Assembly: GCA_036785375.1 (NCBI GenBank)
Contig: JAWMAR010000023.1
Coordinates: forward strand, 11,222,001-11,286,000
Reading direction: 5' to 3'
Length of the DNA stretch: 64,000 nucleotides
Origin: Leucoraja ocellata
Taxonomy: Eukaryota
Shown here: one piece after another, positions 11,901 to 26,900 of the stretch
How positions within the stretch are numbered: the stretch's first letter is position 1
Layout: every line of letters begins with the position of its first letter
The notes under the pieces: model-generated
Databases searched by the model: none
What the model was told of the DNA's origin: nothing
The model's input: only the letters and a program-made list of their open reading frames with translations
Translations under genes and position numbers: made by a program

Positions 11901-14900
11901 TTTATCCGGTGTTCCGGAAACCGAAAAGCTCCGAAAACCGGCCATTTTTTCCAGATGTCGTCTGCGCACCAAAGCTCGCGTTTGGCGCCAAACCTGACCC
12001 AAAACGACCCACGGTCAACCCAGGTCTGTACTACTGTAGCGGCTGCCTCCTCCCTGGAGACCGGGAGACGCTTAAACATCTGTAAATCATTGCTTAAATG
12101 TTAGTCAGTTAGTTTGGAGGGCTTTTATGTGAAGGGGGGTGAAGGGGTAAACTTTAATTCTTAGTCCCCTACCTGGTCGGAGAGGCGGGGAGCGGTCAAT
12201 GCCTTACCGGGTCGCTGTGCAGTAAGCTCTGCAGCGCTGTGGCCGGTGGGGCTGCGGGCGACGCCGGTTGTAGCTCCGACCCCGGCAACTCTACCCCTGG
12301 CTGCGAGGCGCTCCAAATCCAGCGCGGCCCGCGGCCGGACGCCCCAGCTCCGTGAATGTCGGGAGTCGGCGGCGTCGCAGCGCTGGGTGCGGTCAATGCC
12401 TTACCGGGTCGCCGTGCGGCAAGCTCCGGAGCACTGTGGCCGCCGACCCAACATTCGCGGAGCGTCGCTGGATTTGGAGCCGCGCAGCCAGGGGTAGAGT
12501 TGCCGGGGTCGGAGCTCCAACCGGCGCCGCCCGCGGCCGGACGGAGCCCCCAGCTCCGCGGCTCCAAATCCAGCGACGCTCCGCGAATGTTGGAAGAAGG
12601 CGGCCACAGCGCTCCAGAGCTTGCCGCACGGCGACCCGGTAAGGCATTGCTCGCTCCCCGCTGGTATCCCAGCGCTGCGACGTCCGGCCGCGGGCCGCGC
12701 TGGATTTGGAGCGCCTCGCAGCCAGGGGTAGAGTTGCCGGGGTCGGAGCTACAATCGGCGCCGCCCGCGGCCGGACGGAGCCCCCAGCTCCGCGAGGTTG
12801 GGAGTCGCCGACCAGGTAGGGGACTAAGAATTAAAGTTTCCCCCTTCACCCCTACACCACCACCACCACCACATAAAATCCCTCCAAACTAACTGACTAA
12901 CATTTATGCAATGATTCTCCCGGTCTCCGGGGAGGAGGCAGCTGCTCCAGACTTTTCAAGCCGCCCGCGCTACCTACCTAATCTACGCTAAAAATCTTCC
13001 ATTCTGAAATCCGAAAATGTCCGAAATCCGACAAGTGTCTGGTCCCAAGGCTTTCGGATAAAAGGTTGTGCACCTGTAGTATTTATACTGGGCATCAAGG
13101 CAATATTGATACCCTGCTTTAGAACTTGTACCTTGGTCCAACTGTCCCAAGCCAAAAAATTGCACTAGCTTCAGCAAGAGCTTCTCTTCGATTTGGACGG
13201 TCAGCTTCCGCACTGTGATCATGAGGTGCTGGAGATACAGAAAGAAATAGCGTCACTACAAATGCAAGAAGCTAATAAACATTCTGTTACTTCACTGGAG
13301 CCAATTCCTGGTAAAGAAAAGGAGAAAGTGAAATTCTAATGTTGCGTTTTCTCTCCGTTCTTTACCCAGCCTTAAACATGATTTCAAGATCAATAAACGT
13401 AATAAATTCTGCTATATACCCCTTTATTTGAACTACATTTTGTCCATCTTAATGTAAGTTCACCTGAAATTCTTTATTTGCTGTAGTGGGTGAAGGAGAT
13501 CAATAGCACCTCCAATTTTAATTATCTTTTCATCGCTCCAACACAAGGTTTCTGGACAGAAAAGGTGCTAGGTGTCCCGCTTCTATGCCCTTTATAACCA
13601 GTTACAAGTTAGCGGCAGCCATACCAATATTCTTGCCCATGCTGTGCGAAAATTGATTACTCCCATCCGTAGATCAAATGAGGATCGACTTGCATTTCTG
13701 CCTCCTACCACATTGCTATTTTTTAAACACCACACATTTATCGATGTCTGAAGAAATGAATAGCACAAAAACCCTCCAAGAACTGCAATGTGACACTTAA
13801 AGATAGTGGAGTCAGGGGATATGGGGAGAAGGCAGGAACGGGGAACTGATTGGGGACGATCAGCCATGATCACATTGAATGGCGGTGCTGGCTCGGGGGG
13901 CCAAAGGGTCTACTCCTGCACCTATTGTCTATACTGTGGGGTCCATAATTGAGTCCGTTTCTGCTGGTCTAAAACTAAACAAACATTGCACCTGTGTCAG
14001 TAATACCATTAATCCCAGCAATCAATGATATACAGTTATAAACTAGAGGACAAACTAGAACCACAAATCCTAGGTCAGATTTTACAAGGAAATGTTGATG
14101 AGGTATAAGATGGGGCGAGAGCAGTAAACACATTAAAAAAACTAACAAGATAGGTGAGAGCAGAATGGCTGTTGTTGACGATACATATTTTGTGAAACAG
14201 CTTGTACCTGCTGGTACAGTGTGAAACTGAGAACATTCTAATGATTTCTACCATACCCAGTTTAATGTGGAAATCCTAAAGTTCTCATCTGTGATTCAAC
14301 ACTTACATAATTTGCACCATTTTACAAATAAATAAACTGAAAAATGTTATTCCCGTTATAAACTTTCAAGCTTTTTTGCCCGAGTAACAGTAGACTTAAA
14401 ATAGAATACATTTACTAAAGTTTATTTTCCAGTTTCTATCTGAATCATATATGAATGTTCCAAACCTTGCAGTTTGTATAAATGTTGAAATTATAAGCTC
14501 ATAAGTGCTCAAATTACAAGCACTTTATTCCGCTCAGTTTCTGGTCTGCAAGAATTATTCACTCTGTTTGAGTGTCAGCTGACCAGATTATATCAGTTGC
14601 TGGCAGTGAGTGATCTCCGAGAACTGACGCCGAATACAAGCCAATATTGGAAAAAGTGGAAGCTCAGATCACAGAAGTCACTCGATCTACGAGAGCAGCC
14701 CTCCGCAACATCGTCCCTTAACCAGTGAATATAAAGTCATCATCGTTGAAAACATCACCGGGCACGGTGCCTTACAATGCTATGTACGACAGTGATCGCA
14801 ACTTTGACTGAAGTGGCGATCCAAGCCAGAAATTCCAACATTTTACAGCGCGAAGAATAAGACCATCAGGATATTAAACCTCCAAATAAGCTCCGAGCTA

Positions 14901-17900
14901 CAGAGATTTGGCAGCAGTGTTTTTGTCCCTGCATTATTAGTATTTCTTTGTTTTTTTAATATATATGCTGAACTTTTTTGTTGCTTATTTTGGTGTTTAC
15001 AGATTACTATGGTTACATATCTGTTGTTCTGCTGCAAATAAGAATTTCATTGTTCTGTTTTGGGACATGAGAATAAAAAATTTATGACACTGAAAAGTGA
15101 GCTGCTACATTTAACCTCTTCTTCCCGATGCCAATTTCACTCAGTGTACTGCAGTATAAGGGGCTGGGAAGGGAAATCAGTTCAAATTATGGACAAAAAG
15201 AGTGCTGGAATAACTCAAGAGGTTCATGAAGCATCTCTCGAGGAAAAGGATGGGTGACTCTAGTTTCAGTTCGTTATGCTTGATCCCAATCCAATACACC
15301 ACTGAGAATTACGTGCTGATGTATAGCGAGTATTCGACAAGGCCCAACTGTGATGCCTTTCGGAGTACATTTTCTTGTCAGTATTAATGTTTCAGATAAT
15401 AATATTTTAAAATGGTCTCATTCGGTAAAGAATCAAGACTGAACAGGAAGAGCTGCAAATAGACACAAAATGCTGGAGTAACTCAGCGGGCGGGACAGGC
15501 AGCATCTCTGGAGAGAACGAATGGGAAACGTTTTGGGTCAACACCGTTTGTCAACGTCTGAAGAAGGGTCTCGGCCTGAAACGCCTCCCATTCCATCTCT
15601 CCAGATATGCTGCCTGTCCCGCTGAGTTACTCCAGCATTTTGTGTCTATCTTCGGTTTAAACCAGCGTCTGCAGTTCCTTCCTGCACAAGAACTGCAACA
15701 TTGAGGAAAAACAAAAAATCTGGAAGGGAAATGAAGCACCACTAAATTAATTTAAGTCAAAGCGAAATCTCTTTTGAAGAAGGGTTTTGGCCCGAAATGT
15801 TGCCTATTTCCTACGCTCCATAGATGCTGCCGCACCCACTGAGTTTCTCCAGCACTTTTGTCTACCTTCTCTTTTAACACTATCTGGTATCATTCAAGTG
15901 AATCTTTTGTGCCTATTACATGAAGCCCGGTTTAAAAGACAAACTCCTCATGGAGATATTTATTCAGATGAAGACCGTAGTACAGTGCTACACCAAGAAC
16001 CCAATCTATAAAGAGGCTATTTTCCACTCAGACTAACCATCACAGATAGGGAGGGTTTGTGAAGAAGAGATTGATTCAGACTAAAGAGCCACGTGCAGTT
16101 GTGATCCTATCAGGTAATGATACTTGCTAAAGTAAGCATGCCTCAGTTTTGATGAGTTGTAATAACAGCTTTGGCTGAAAGTCCTCCAAGCTAATACTGA
16201 ATTAGTCTTGAGCCTCTATTGTAAATCTGTAGGATACCTTTCTTTCCTTGCAGCTGAAACACCAAAGGTTGGATAATAAAACACGGTGTGCGATGGGTGA
16301 CTTTACATTCCACACGCATGGACATTGTACTTTAGCTGGATTACTAGATTGCCATCGCCACCTGGTGATCATCCTTGCTGTACATAATATGTCACTCCTC
16401 AAAGCTTCACTGGTTGGAAGCCATCCAGACTGCTTCCTTCACATGCAAGATGATATGTTGGCAGGTTATTCTGCAGTGATCATTCTGCAGTGCCTTCCAG
16501 CCAAATCTGATCATGTCCTCACTCGCTATCCACACTCCAGACTATTATTGCAATGGCCAGCTGCTAGCGACTAATCCTAGCTAAGTGTTCCCGCATTCAG
16601 AGATGCCAAGATGTACCAGAGCACGACAACTTGTGCCCCAGTTACGATCTGCAAAATCAGTCCAGAGATCAAACCTGAGCTCCTCCAACTCATGCAGTCT
16701 TGACATGCAACACTTAATACCTTTGCAAATAAGCATTTAGGAGCAGGAGACTATTCTTCTTTGCTCGATGTTGTTTGGGGTGGGAGGAAATGTGTGTATA
16801 ATGGACAGGTTAGTTCAACAACTCGTTTATTTGCTATACATTCCAAGTAATTTACTGTGTTGTTAGATGTTTTACTTATAAATATGGACCAAGTCAATCT
16901 TCAGTATACTGATTCATTCAAGACTCACCTTGAAGAGTTCAGTCAGTGCGTTCTTGCTTGGGATCTTCATTGCGTTGATCTGAACAGCAGGACCAAATTC
17001 CACGGGTTCTGTTTCACTTTCAGGGGTGTTGGGTGTTAGAGAAAGGATTATAGGTTGTGTTGTTCCCAAAAGTTGGTTATCAATCTTGTGACAAACAGAA
17101 GGAAGCAAAATATAAGTAGCCTTCAACAAAATATATTTTCTAAAGGAGTGTTCTCGCACTACAAAACTGAATGGTTTCAAACACCATATTTTTCAAAAGC
17201 CAGTCTAAGTAGAGACATCTTAATCTTTTATAATTGGTCACACACTCTGTTCCAATACAAAATATCATATTACATCTTAAAGAAACTTAGTGATCTTTAG
17301 ATGCCAACAGTAAATGTTGGTATCGAAGAAAGATGCAAAATGCTGGAGAAACTCAGCGGTTGAGGCAGCATCTCTGGAGAGAGGAAATGGGCGACGTTTC
17401 AGTCTGAAGAAGGGCCTCTACCAGAAATGTTGCCCATTCCTTCTCTCCAGAGATACTGCCTCACCCGCTGGGTTACTCCAGCATTTTGTGTCTACCTTCG
17501 ATTCAGACCAGCACTGCAGTTCTTTCTTACACAAGTAAATGTTGGTAGACAGTTATAGGAATAGAATTAGGCCATTTAGCTCAAGTCTGCTCCACAATTT
17601 AATCATGGCTGATCTATCTTTCACTTTCAACTCCATTCTCCTGCCCTCTCCCCATATCCCCCAACACCCTTGCTAATCATGAACATGTCTTCACCTTAAA
17701 AATACCCAATTACTTGGCCTCCACAGCCATCTGTGGCATTGAATTCCACAGATTCACCACCCTCTGGCTGAAAAAAATCCTCCTCCTCTCCTTTCTAAAG
17801 GTACGTCCTTTTATTCTGAGGCTGTGGCCTTTGATCCTAGACTCTCCCACGAGTAGAAACATCCAGCACTGATGGATAATTATCCAATCCATATGGAAAT

Positions 17901-20900
17901 TCCTCCTCTTCATAATTTACAATGCTGTATGTGGCTATTCAACAATATTTCTTCCAGCTTTCTTTTTGAAGAACCCAAAACTAATCCCATTGCCTTTGTT
18001 TCCCCCACACACAGCTCATATTTTTGCTTGCACTGAACGACAAACATCGACAGCTGCATAATCTGTACATTGCTGGCCCTCAATCGTCTCATTGTCCGTC
18101 TCCTTGCCTAGTCTAGAACGCATGTGCATCACAGGTCAGGGAGAATCCAGCTTGCGGTCTGTATTGTGCGTACCATTTTTACGTGTCTTCAAATGATCAA
18201 ATTTGAGGCCTTGAAGTGCTGACTATAAAGTATGGTTAAGATGTGCCTCGTTACCTGTACATCCTGAATGCTGACCTCGAGCATCTGACCAGTGGCGACC
18301 TTTGTGTAACGAACATCTATCCCTGTCAGAGTGGCGAATACCAATTCCTCAGGGACTTTGTTAATCAATGATACACCAACTCCACCATCCAGTTTCACTA
18401 AAACCTGTAGATTTACAGCAAAATACACATTTCTTTAAAGAGGTAAAATACTTAATTCCATCAAAGTTGATTTCCTTCTATGGAGCGATATAAAATTATT
18501 CATTCTCCAGAGGGCGTTAACTCTTGGGCAGTGCTCTACAGACATTTTACACCTCCCCAAAGGCCATTTTACCTGTGACACTTGCATGAAAAACCACCGA
18601 TGGACAATCACAGAGAAGCATGATTGGGCCTTAAATCAATATGTACCGATTGTATTGGTCACTGAATATGGTGGAAAATGTGTGACAAACAAAAAAAGAA
18701 ACAGGACTTGAATTTCAACACCACATGGACTATTCACTCCACTGATGACGGAGTACTTTCATTGTGAATGCTTTGCATCAGTCAGGGGCGGAAATCTCGG
18801 GGGGGGGGGGGGAACGGGTCCCCTCCATGTTTTCAGAGGTGGGGGACGATTCCCCCCCCCCCCCCCAATGTTTTGTGAAACATGTATTGCTACATATAGC
18901 AATTGCTACAGAGGTAGCTACATTTCAGAAGGAAATCCACCTTAGGAAAAAGCTTCAATGATTTTATCACAAAGTACCTGCATCTCGACTAGTGGGAGCT
19001 GAAGACTCGATGGGAAATTAAAGGGCCTGTCCCACTTACGCGAATATTTCCGCAACTGCCGGCACCCGTCACTATTACCATGCACAGGGCGTGTGTGTGT
19101 GTCTGTGTGTGTGTGTGTCTGTGCGTGCGTGTATGTGTGTGTGTGCGCGTACGTGTGTGTGTGTCTGTGTGTGTGTGGGTGCGTGTGTGCGCGCATGCGC
19201 GCGTGGCCACCAAGAAATTGTCTCCCCTGGTCCCCCCCCATGTTTTAATATCGATTTCCATGCCTGGCAACAGTTGTACAAGGCCTTGGGGAGACCACAC
19301 CTTGACTGTTGTGTGCAGCTGGTTCACCTTATCTGACAAAGAATGTTCTTGCTACGGAGGGAGTTGAGCAAAGATACCAGAAGGGTCTCGACCCGAAACG
19401 TCACCTATACCGTCGCTCCATAGATGCTGCCTCACCCGCAGAGTTTCTCCAGCATTTTTGTCGACGTTCTACATTTATTTCAGTCTGTTAACAACTGCTC
19501 GTATTGTTTCAGACTGGGCAGTTTGTCTTGTTCCTCTGTGCCCTGACAAGGAGTTTTGGAAACTTCTTGTTTGTTTTGAATCAAACACATCGGAAGATTA
19601 CAACTAAAAACTGAAATGGAACATAGTCACACCTCCAACTCTTGTTCAGCTTCCAGGTTCTTCAATTTCCGAATTTCACCAACCTCAGCGACCGGACACT
19701 CCTCGGTCCCTGTGAGGGAACGATTGGTTCTGCGATGCTGTAGATCCGTAATCTACAACAAGCCAAGATGGTCACACGACCAACAAAGTGAGCAACCAGT
19801 TCAGAAAGTACAGAACCAATGGAACAGAGTGATTATATAAAATACAAACATAAAATGGAAACAAATTTGCCATTCAAAATTTCTACAAAATCCACAAACC
19901 AAACTTACATAGAAAATGCAGAGAGAGCATCAAAGGGAAGGGAGAATTTAATTTTCCGCTATAAATACATAATAGTTAGAATTCAAAACAGAAAAATAAA
20001 CAAATGAAGGTGTCATTAATGCTGGAGAAACTCAGCGGGTGAGGCAGCATCTATGGAGCAAAGGAATATTGCCTCATCCACTGAGTTTTTCCAGCATTTT
20101 TGTCAACCTTCGATTTTTCCAGCATCTGCAGTTCCTTCTTAAAAATAAAGGTGTCAGGTATGTCTCTGTTTCTATCACGAAGTCAGAAGATTGTGAGGGT
20201 GCAAATACTATTCCAGAGATCTGTGCAATTGTGCTGTATTGTTGAAAGTATGTCTTTATAAATAAATGTTAAACTGATTCTGCCCACTTCATAAAAGATC
20301 CAATTGTACAAGAAACGTTGGATAAAAGATTATCTCAACACTATTAAATTACTGTCAATAAGAGCTTGCTGCTGGCAGAACCGTGGCCATGTTTCTTACA
20401 ATTCAAAAATACTTGCTGTAAAACACTTAGATTGTCCACAAATCATGAAAGATGCTACATAACATCATTTTGAAGGACAGAGGATGAAAATGGGAAGGGA
20501 TAAAGGAACGAATGAAATACCAAGGGAAGGCGGAAGAAATTAACTGGATGACCTATTGAAAAGAACAACAGAAGAACAACTCAATGAATCAACAAAAGGA
20601 CACCAAAAGAATATTTAAAAGAACAGGTGGAAAAGACGGAAAGAGGGCAATGTAAAAAAGCATAGGAATATTAAAAACATGTTGTGATCTCTCAGAAGAA
20701 AATTAACTAGCATGAATGGATTGGAGCAGGAAAGACAAAATGGAAATTGAAAGCACTTAGCATTAATTTCATAAATGACAGCAAGTGCAAGAAGGAGTAG
20801 TGTAGCAGGGAGGTGGTGCAATCAGTAATTACACACACATATCTTCCCCACCCTAAACAGAAAACATATGGAACATAATTGGAATCTTAGTGTCTGAGAA

Positions 20901-23900
20901 AAGAGTGGCTTTTCCAAATAAGAGGTGGGTGGTGACAAACTGTCTGGACTGGTGTTTGAGTTTGAGGTTGCCTGGGGAATGGGTGGAGATATATCGTGGT
21001 TGCATATAAGAAAGATCACTCAAGTAGCAGAAACTGTTGGAAGAAATATTGGTAGAGGCTGGACTAGAGGAAGGGATGAGGATATTCAGGAACAAGTGCA
21101 CCAGAAGCTGATTGAAAATAACTGCTGTGCAGCACGGAGCCCATGGCAAAGTTGGAGGGAGAGGAAAGAATTCTTCTTAACAGATGATGATTAAGATGGG
21201 GAACTATGCTCTGTTGATGTGTGGATTCATAATCCAGAAGGAAAAAGTCACCTGTTAAAAATATATTCTGCAAGGAAATATGAAGAAGATACATTTAGGT
21301 TAAGCAGCCGCTTGTGATCAGCATACCTGCAACACACGTGTAGGACCATCAGGAATTACTCGCAAACAGAGAACTCCTGAACCAGGTCTCATTTTCTGGT
21401 TGATGAACTGTTGCTCCACTGGAACTGGTTCCAGGCCAAGGGTTGGTTCTGGACCCAGCACCACCTCTGCTCCATCGTACAAGCCTGAAATGCCTTTGGT
21501 TATCTAGATAAATCAGAGACTTAAGATTCTTTGCACCACACTCACACACTCAAATAAACAAGTTCCAGTTAGAACACAACTAGACCAAAGTGTTGTACAT
21601 ATGAGTTGTATGATTATTTGAAATGCATATACAAGGGCAGCACAGTAGTACAATGGTAGATATGCAGCCTTATAGTGCCAGAGACACAGGTTTGATCCTG
21701 ACTACGGGTGCTGTCTGCGTGGAGTCTTTATGTTCTCCCTGTGACCATGCGGGTTTTCTCCTGGTGCTCTATTGTCCTCCCACATTCCAAATAATGGTTA
21801 ATTGGCCATTGTAAATGTCCCCGAGTGCGTAGGATGCAAATGGGATAACACAGAACTAGTGTACGGGGAGATATATTGGGCCGAAGGGCCTGTTTCCACG
21901 CTGTATCTCTAAACTGAACTTGCTGGCTAAAGCATCAAAAGCAAAATCAATCACAGTGACGTTGTGGCCAAATGGTCTGTTCCTGTACTGTTCTCTGTTC
22001 TGCTCAGTTGTCAGTATTGTGCTAACCTAGTTTGCCAATACCTTAAAATTAAAATGCTCATTCTCTTGTTCAAATGCCTCCATGCCTTGCTCCTCCCATT
22101 GCTGTAACCTCCACTGAAATCCGATTCCTAACTTTAGCATCCTCCCTCTCTCTGGTGTGTGTGGATTCAAGCTTGTAAGTGTCAGATCCTGTTTGCCAGC
22201 CCCTTTATTAGAGCCTCTTAAACCCTGTATCCTAAAGTGCAGCACTAAGCTTTTAATGACCATTCCCAAATATCTCTCTCTTTATCAGTGTCATTTTTTC
22301 TCCTTGGTTCTGCTTCTGTGAAACGCCTCAGGGTGTCTTCCTGTGTTAAAAATTGCCAGTCGTTGCTGTAAACCTGACCTGTTGTTCAAGTTCCGTAACT
22401 GTGAATGTAACGTTCCCAAAAAGTTAAATCAACAGATCTGAACAAATCCAGTAAATCAGCTTGTCTACCTCAGGTGTGCTCTGCACAAAAGAACATTACT
22501 ACCTGGGGAAAAGCAACCACAGCTAAAATAAATGACAGGCTGTAACATGTTGCAAGCAACAAATCACCAAGTGTCACCACTAAGTGGTTAGCTTTTCTGT
22601 GTCCGCCAGCTTTGGCTTCTTGCCTAAACCCCTCTCAAGTGCTCGTTTTTCTAGTATCAAGTAAAATAATTTCAAACTGCAGACAGTGAGTTTGAGTCTC
22701 GGTTTCATTTATCTCAGCCAGTTGAGGTGCTGCAGTTGGACCGAGTGTCCCTCACTCAGGAAGAAGAAAAATGTGTAACTTATTAATTCTCGCGGAAACA
22801 GGCAAATGCCGAGGAGAACAGAATCAGGATCAGGATCAAGGGTGAATTCCAAAATGTAATAATGCTTGTGAGAAACATTTGCAAAGACATGGTGCTGGAG
22901 GAAATCCCCATGAGAATGCAAACAGAAATGACAAAAGTGCTTTGAAGGTGAAATTAACTGCCCAGTGCTGGACAGACTAGTTTTCTCAATTATCTCTGCT
23001 TTGAAGAATTTTTTAGATATTTGGGAAATCAGCACGGATTCATAAAACACAGGTCTCTTTTGGAGGTGAAAAAAACCCGGCAGTCTGAGAAATGTCTATG
23101 AACATTACCTACATGTGTGGAAGACACTTGATAAAAACCTCTCATGGAAGACTCATGGAAAGTGAGCTAAGTATTGAGCCAGCTATGAAATGACTGGGTG
23201 AATAGGCAGGTCACCCAATTCATAAAACGTAGCATGTGACATCTTGCAAGGATCTGCCACGGAGTCTCAACTATTTACTAAATAGCGGGGAATATAAAAA
23301 CTGACTCTAAAAGCTTTTTAAAATATGTAAAAAAGGAAAAGATTAATGAAGACAAATGTAGGTCCCTTACAGTCAGAGACAGGTGAATTTATAATGGGAG
23401 ACCAGTTAAACGAGTACTTTGGTTCCGTCTTCACTAAACGAGGGGTTATGCTGCCAATGTTGTTGCTCTTTACCTGTACTACCATTCTTGTTTGGCCACA
23501 GCTCAGGCGCCCATCTTGGAAATACCAACACTGGCTGGTGCCCCGACGTCGGTCAGGATTTCTCAGCATGAGTGGCTCATACCTACAACACACAGAGGAG
23601 GACAACATTTTATTTATGTCTATGCACTTATTATAGGTACAGTAAGTAANNNNNNNNNNNNNNNNNNNNNNNNNNNNNNNNNNNNNNNNNNNNNNNNNNN
23701 NNNNNNNNNNNNNNNNNNNNNNNNNNNNNNNNNNNNNNNNNNNNNNNNNNNNNNNNNNNNNNNNNNNNNNNNNNNNNNNNNNNNNNNNNNNNNNNNNNNN
23801 NNNNNNNNNNNNNNNNNNNNNNNNNNNNNNNNNNNNNNNNNNNNNNNNNNNNNTATATGTTCATTATTTGAACTGCCAGTTTGTAATCACTGAAGATTTA

Positions 23901-26900
23901 AGAATAGCCCTGTGGATCAGCACCTGGAGTTCTAAATGTATTGCTTCATAAGAAGAAAGAAAAACAAACAAAAAGTAGGATTGTAATTCATTTTATGGAA
24001 CAGCAATGAGTTATATTCTATTCAGTCATTGGAATGGAACAAAGAAGTGCTGAATTGTGGCAGCCAAATTCATCAAAATGTTAATCTAGATGAACCGTCA
24101 TGAGAAAGTAATTTAACAGGATTTTAAAGTCTCATTACTGCGGACACCACCTCAGCCTTTTTAACACTCTGAGGAAAGGCTTTTCCTGAATATTCAATCC
24201 ACAGAAGCAATCAAGCAATTGCTGGTATAATCGGCCAACCTCATGATACTTTAATGAAAGACAAATGGATGTTGACAACTGAGAGATGTGCCTGAAGAAA
24301 TGAGCAGCAATTTATACCACAACATTTAAGAAAGTGAAGAATGAGAATTAAACTTTGTCTCCTTCACCCGATGACAGGTAGCAAACATTACCTGCAGTCG
24401 GTGACAGCAGCCACGCCTGCAATGTCGAGGACCAACCCAGAGTTTGGCGGTTTACTAGAAGAGGGTTTGTTGGGGTTATGAGGAGGAGAAGAACCCTCAT
24501 GGCATAACATCCCACTACCAGTCATGCGCCAAAGCTGTGATCTTTTACCTGGTTCCTAGATTTTAGCAGAATTTGATTATGGTTAACAGGTAGAGCAAAG
24601 AACGGGATACACGCTAAAATTATAATTTAACACTAGCTAATCAAAGTATGACAAAATTATGACATCACTGAATAAAATTAATTTAACTGTGATCTTTTCT
24701 TCTGACTGCCCCAACATTTATGCCCCAAAAGGTAAATGCTCGCTGGGCTATAGTTTAAGGGGACTGACCACCTCCAATGAACGTGCCATTCTTCATGTAC
24801 AAACCTTCATGCACATGATTAACATCAGTGCCTGGGCTTGGAGGGAATAAAACTAGTTACAACATAATTGGCCTGGTTTGCAATCCTATTAGACTGGCAA
24901 ATAGTCTGGCAACACTTGTTTTCTAGCAGTCTCGGTGATTAACAGTTGACGAGGTAGTACTGTCCCCTGAAAGACATTTTCCAAAGAATGAACAGCTTTC
25001 AATATGATGATTTCCTCACAGATTATATTTTTCTCTTTTTACCTTTTTCTTCAGGATTACTCTTCCAGTTTTGGGTGCAACATCCAGCACTAGCTGCGCA
25101 CAGCAAACATTTTTCTTCCCTGAACCTTGAGCAACAGGCCTACCAGAGGATTCCACAAGCCTGATTTAAATATACAACACAAATGTAACATTTTATTAAG
25201 GAAGAACCATCAAGCGCCTGTACATCACTTTTCACAACCCCACACTTGCTTCACAGACAATGAAGAACAGATGGAGTCACTTGCTCAATAGCTAATACGA
25301 GTCGTAGCTTCATAAAAATATTGTACTTAAAATCATCTTGAAATGGTACCAAGGGTTAGTTCCACTTGCCAGGAGATGGGATTTCAGATTGACACCTTGC
25401 ACAAACACCCCCACTGTATCTTTAGCATTGCACTAATGTCAGACCTGATTGAGTACTCACGACTCCATGTTGGGGCTTACATTCCAAAGCAAATGCCAGT
25501 GAGTCATGTCCAATATATTCATCAAAACAATGCCATTTCATCCAATTTCAAATATATTTTATATTCAAAATACAAGGATCAGCTATTTTAGTTTTGAAAG
25601 GCTTATTCATTAAGCCTAATTCAAACTGTGCCCTGAATTCTGAGTTTATAGTTGAAGGTTCCTTAGTTTCGTCTAGATCCATGCAGATTTGAAATGGGGG
25701 TGATCCTTGTATCTATTTATCCATCCCCTTTACCCCCTATCATCTACCTCATCAGAGGCCCTTGGACTATCTTTAATTGGACTTTACCTTGGACTAAACA
25801 TTATTCCCTTTATGTTTAAGAAGGAACTGCAGATGCTGGAAAATCGAAGGTACACAAAAAAGCTGGAGAAACTCAGCGGGTGCAGCGGCATCTATGGAGC
25901 GAAGGAAATAGGCAACGTTTCGGGCCGAAACTCTTCCGAGTTTCGGCCCGAAACGTTACCTATTTCCTTTGGGTTTCGGGCCGAAAGCAGCATCTATGGA
26001 GCGAAGGAAATAGACAACGTTTCGGGACTTCGCTCCATAGATGCTGCTGCACCCGCTGAGTTTCTCCAGCTTTTTTGTGTACCTTCGTTATTCCCTTTAT
26101 CGTGTATCTGTACAATGTGGGTGGCTTGATTCTAATCATGTATTAGTCTTTCCGCTGACTGGACAGCACACAACAAAAAAAGCATTACACTGTATCTTGG
26201 TACACATGACACTAAACAAGTAGTTACGAAACTTAGACTTTCTAAGAATCTTAAAAACAGAGTTCCAATCAGCTCTAGTCAATATTTTAGAATTTTAAGT
26301 TAGCGCCACCTGGCATGAGGACTCCTTTGGGAATATTGAAACCAGTTAAATGGTATTCAAAATCATGAACTCATTGATCCACCAGTTGAACTGATCTTGA
26401 CATGGGAAGAAACTAGAAGTCATGAAAGCCATTAGCAATTTCAAAAATAAGGTTAGGTAGATGCACTCACAAGCAAAGATTATGTTCCAAATCTTACATC
26501 TATTTATCTTGATTACACATTTATTCTCTCACTGTTCACCCTGATTGAAATCTAAAAGTTTTATATACAATGCAATGAATATGGGGGCTATAATAAATGC
26601 ATGCAATGATATTGAGATGTTTTTTCCTTTCAGCTTAAACTGTTAAGAGTTTCATGATGACCATCTAAATTCATCCTGAAGCTCTAACTAAATAATTGAT
26701 ATCAGTAAAGAACAATGAACATTATTCCAATGAGACATAAATCCAGGCAACCAATATTTAAAAACCTACCCAGAGAAGGTATAGGAGGCAGCAATGTAGA
26801 TGAAATTCTCATAATAAAGCTGCTTGGACTCTTTAAAATCATTCATATCACAGGTAATTTCTGATGAGCCTGCCCCTTTCACTGATAATGTGATAAAAGG

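Noticed and set aside
12196-12892. Overlapping 68-217 aa ORFs on both strands
   Set aside because: By-product of the GC-rich internal repeats of the TIR element; the peptides are repetitive on both strands and show no transposase motifs.
18942-19367. HT/CV-rich ORFs
   Set aside because: Translations of the (GT)n microsatellite.
23318-23893. ORFs running through the N gaps (also 29830-30306)
   Set aside because: Artefacts of unknown bases; the exon chain is complete across both gaps.
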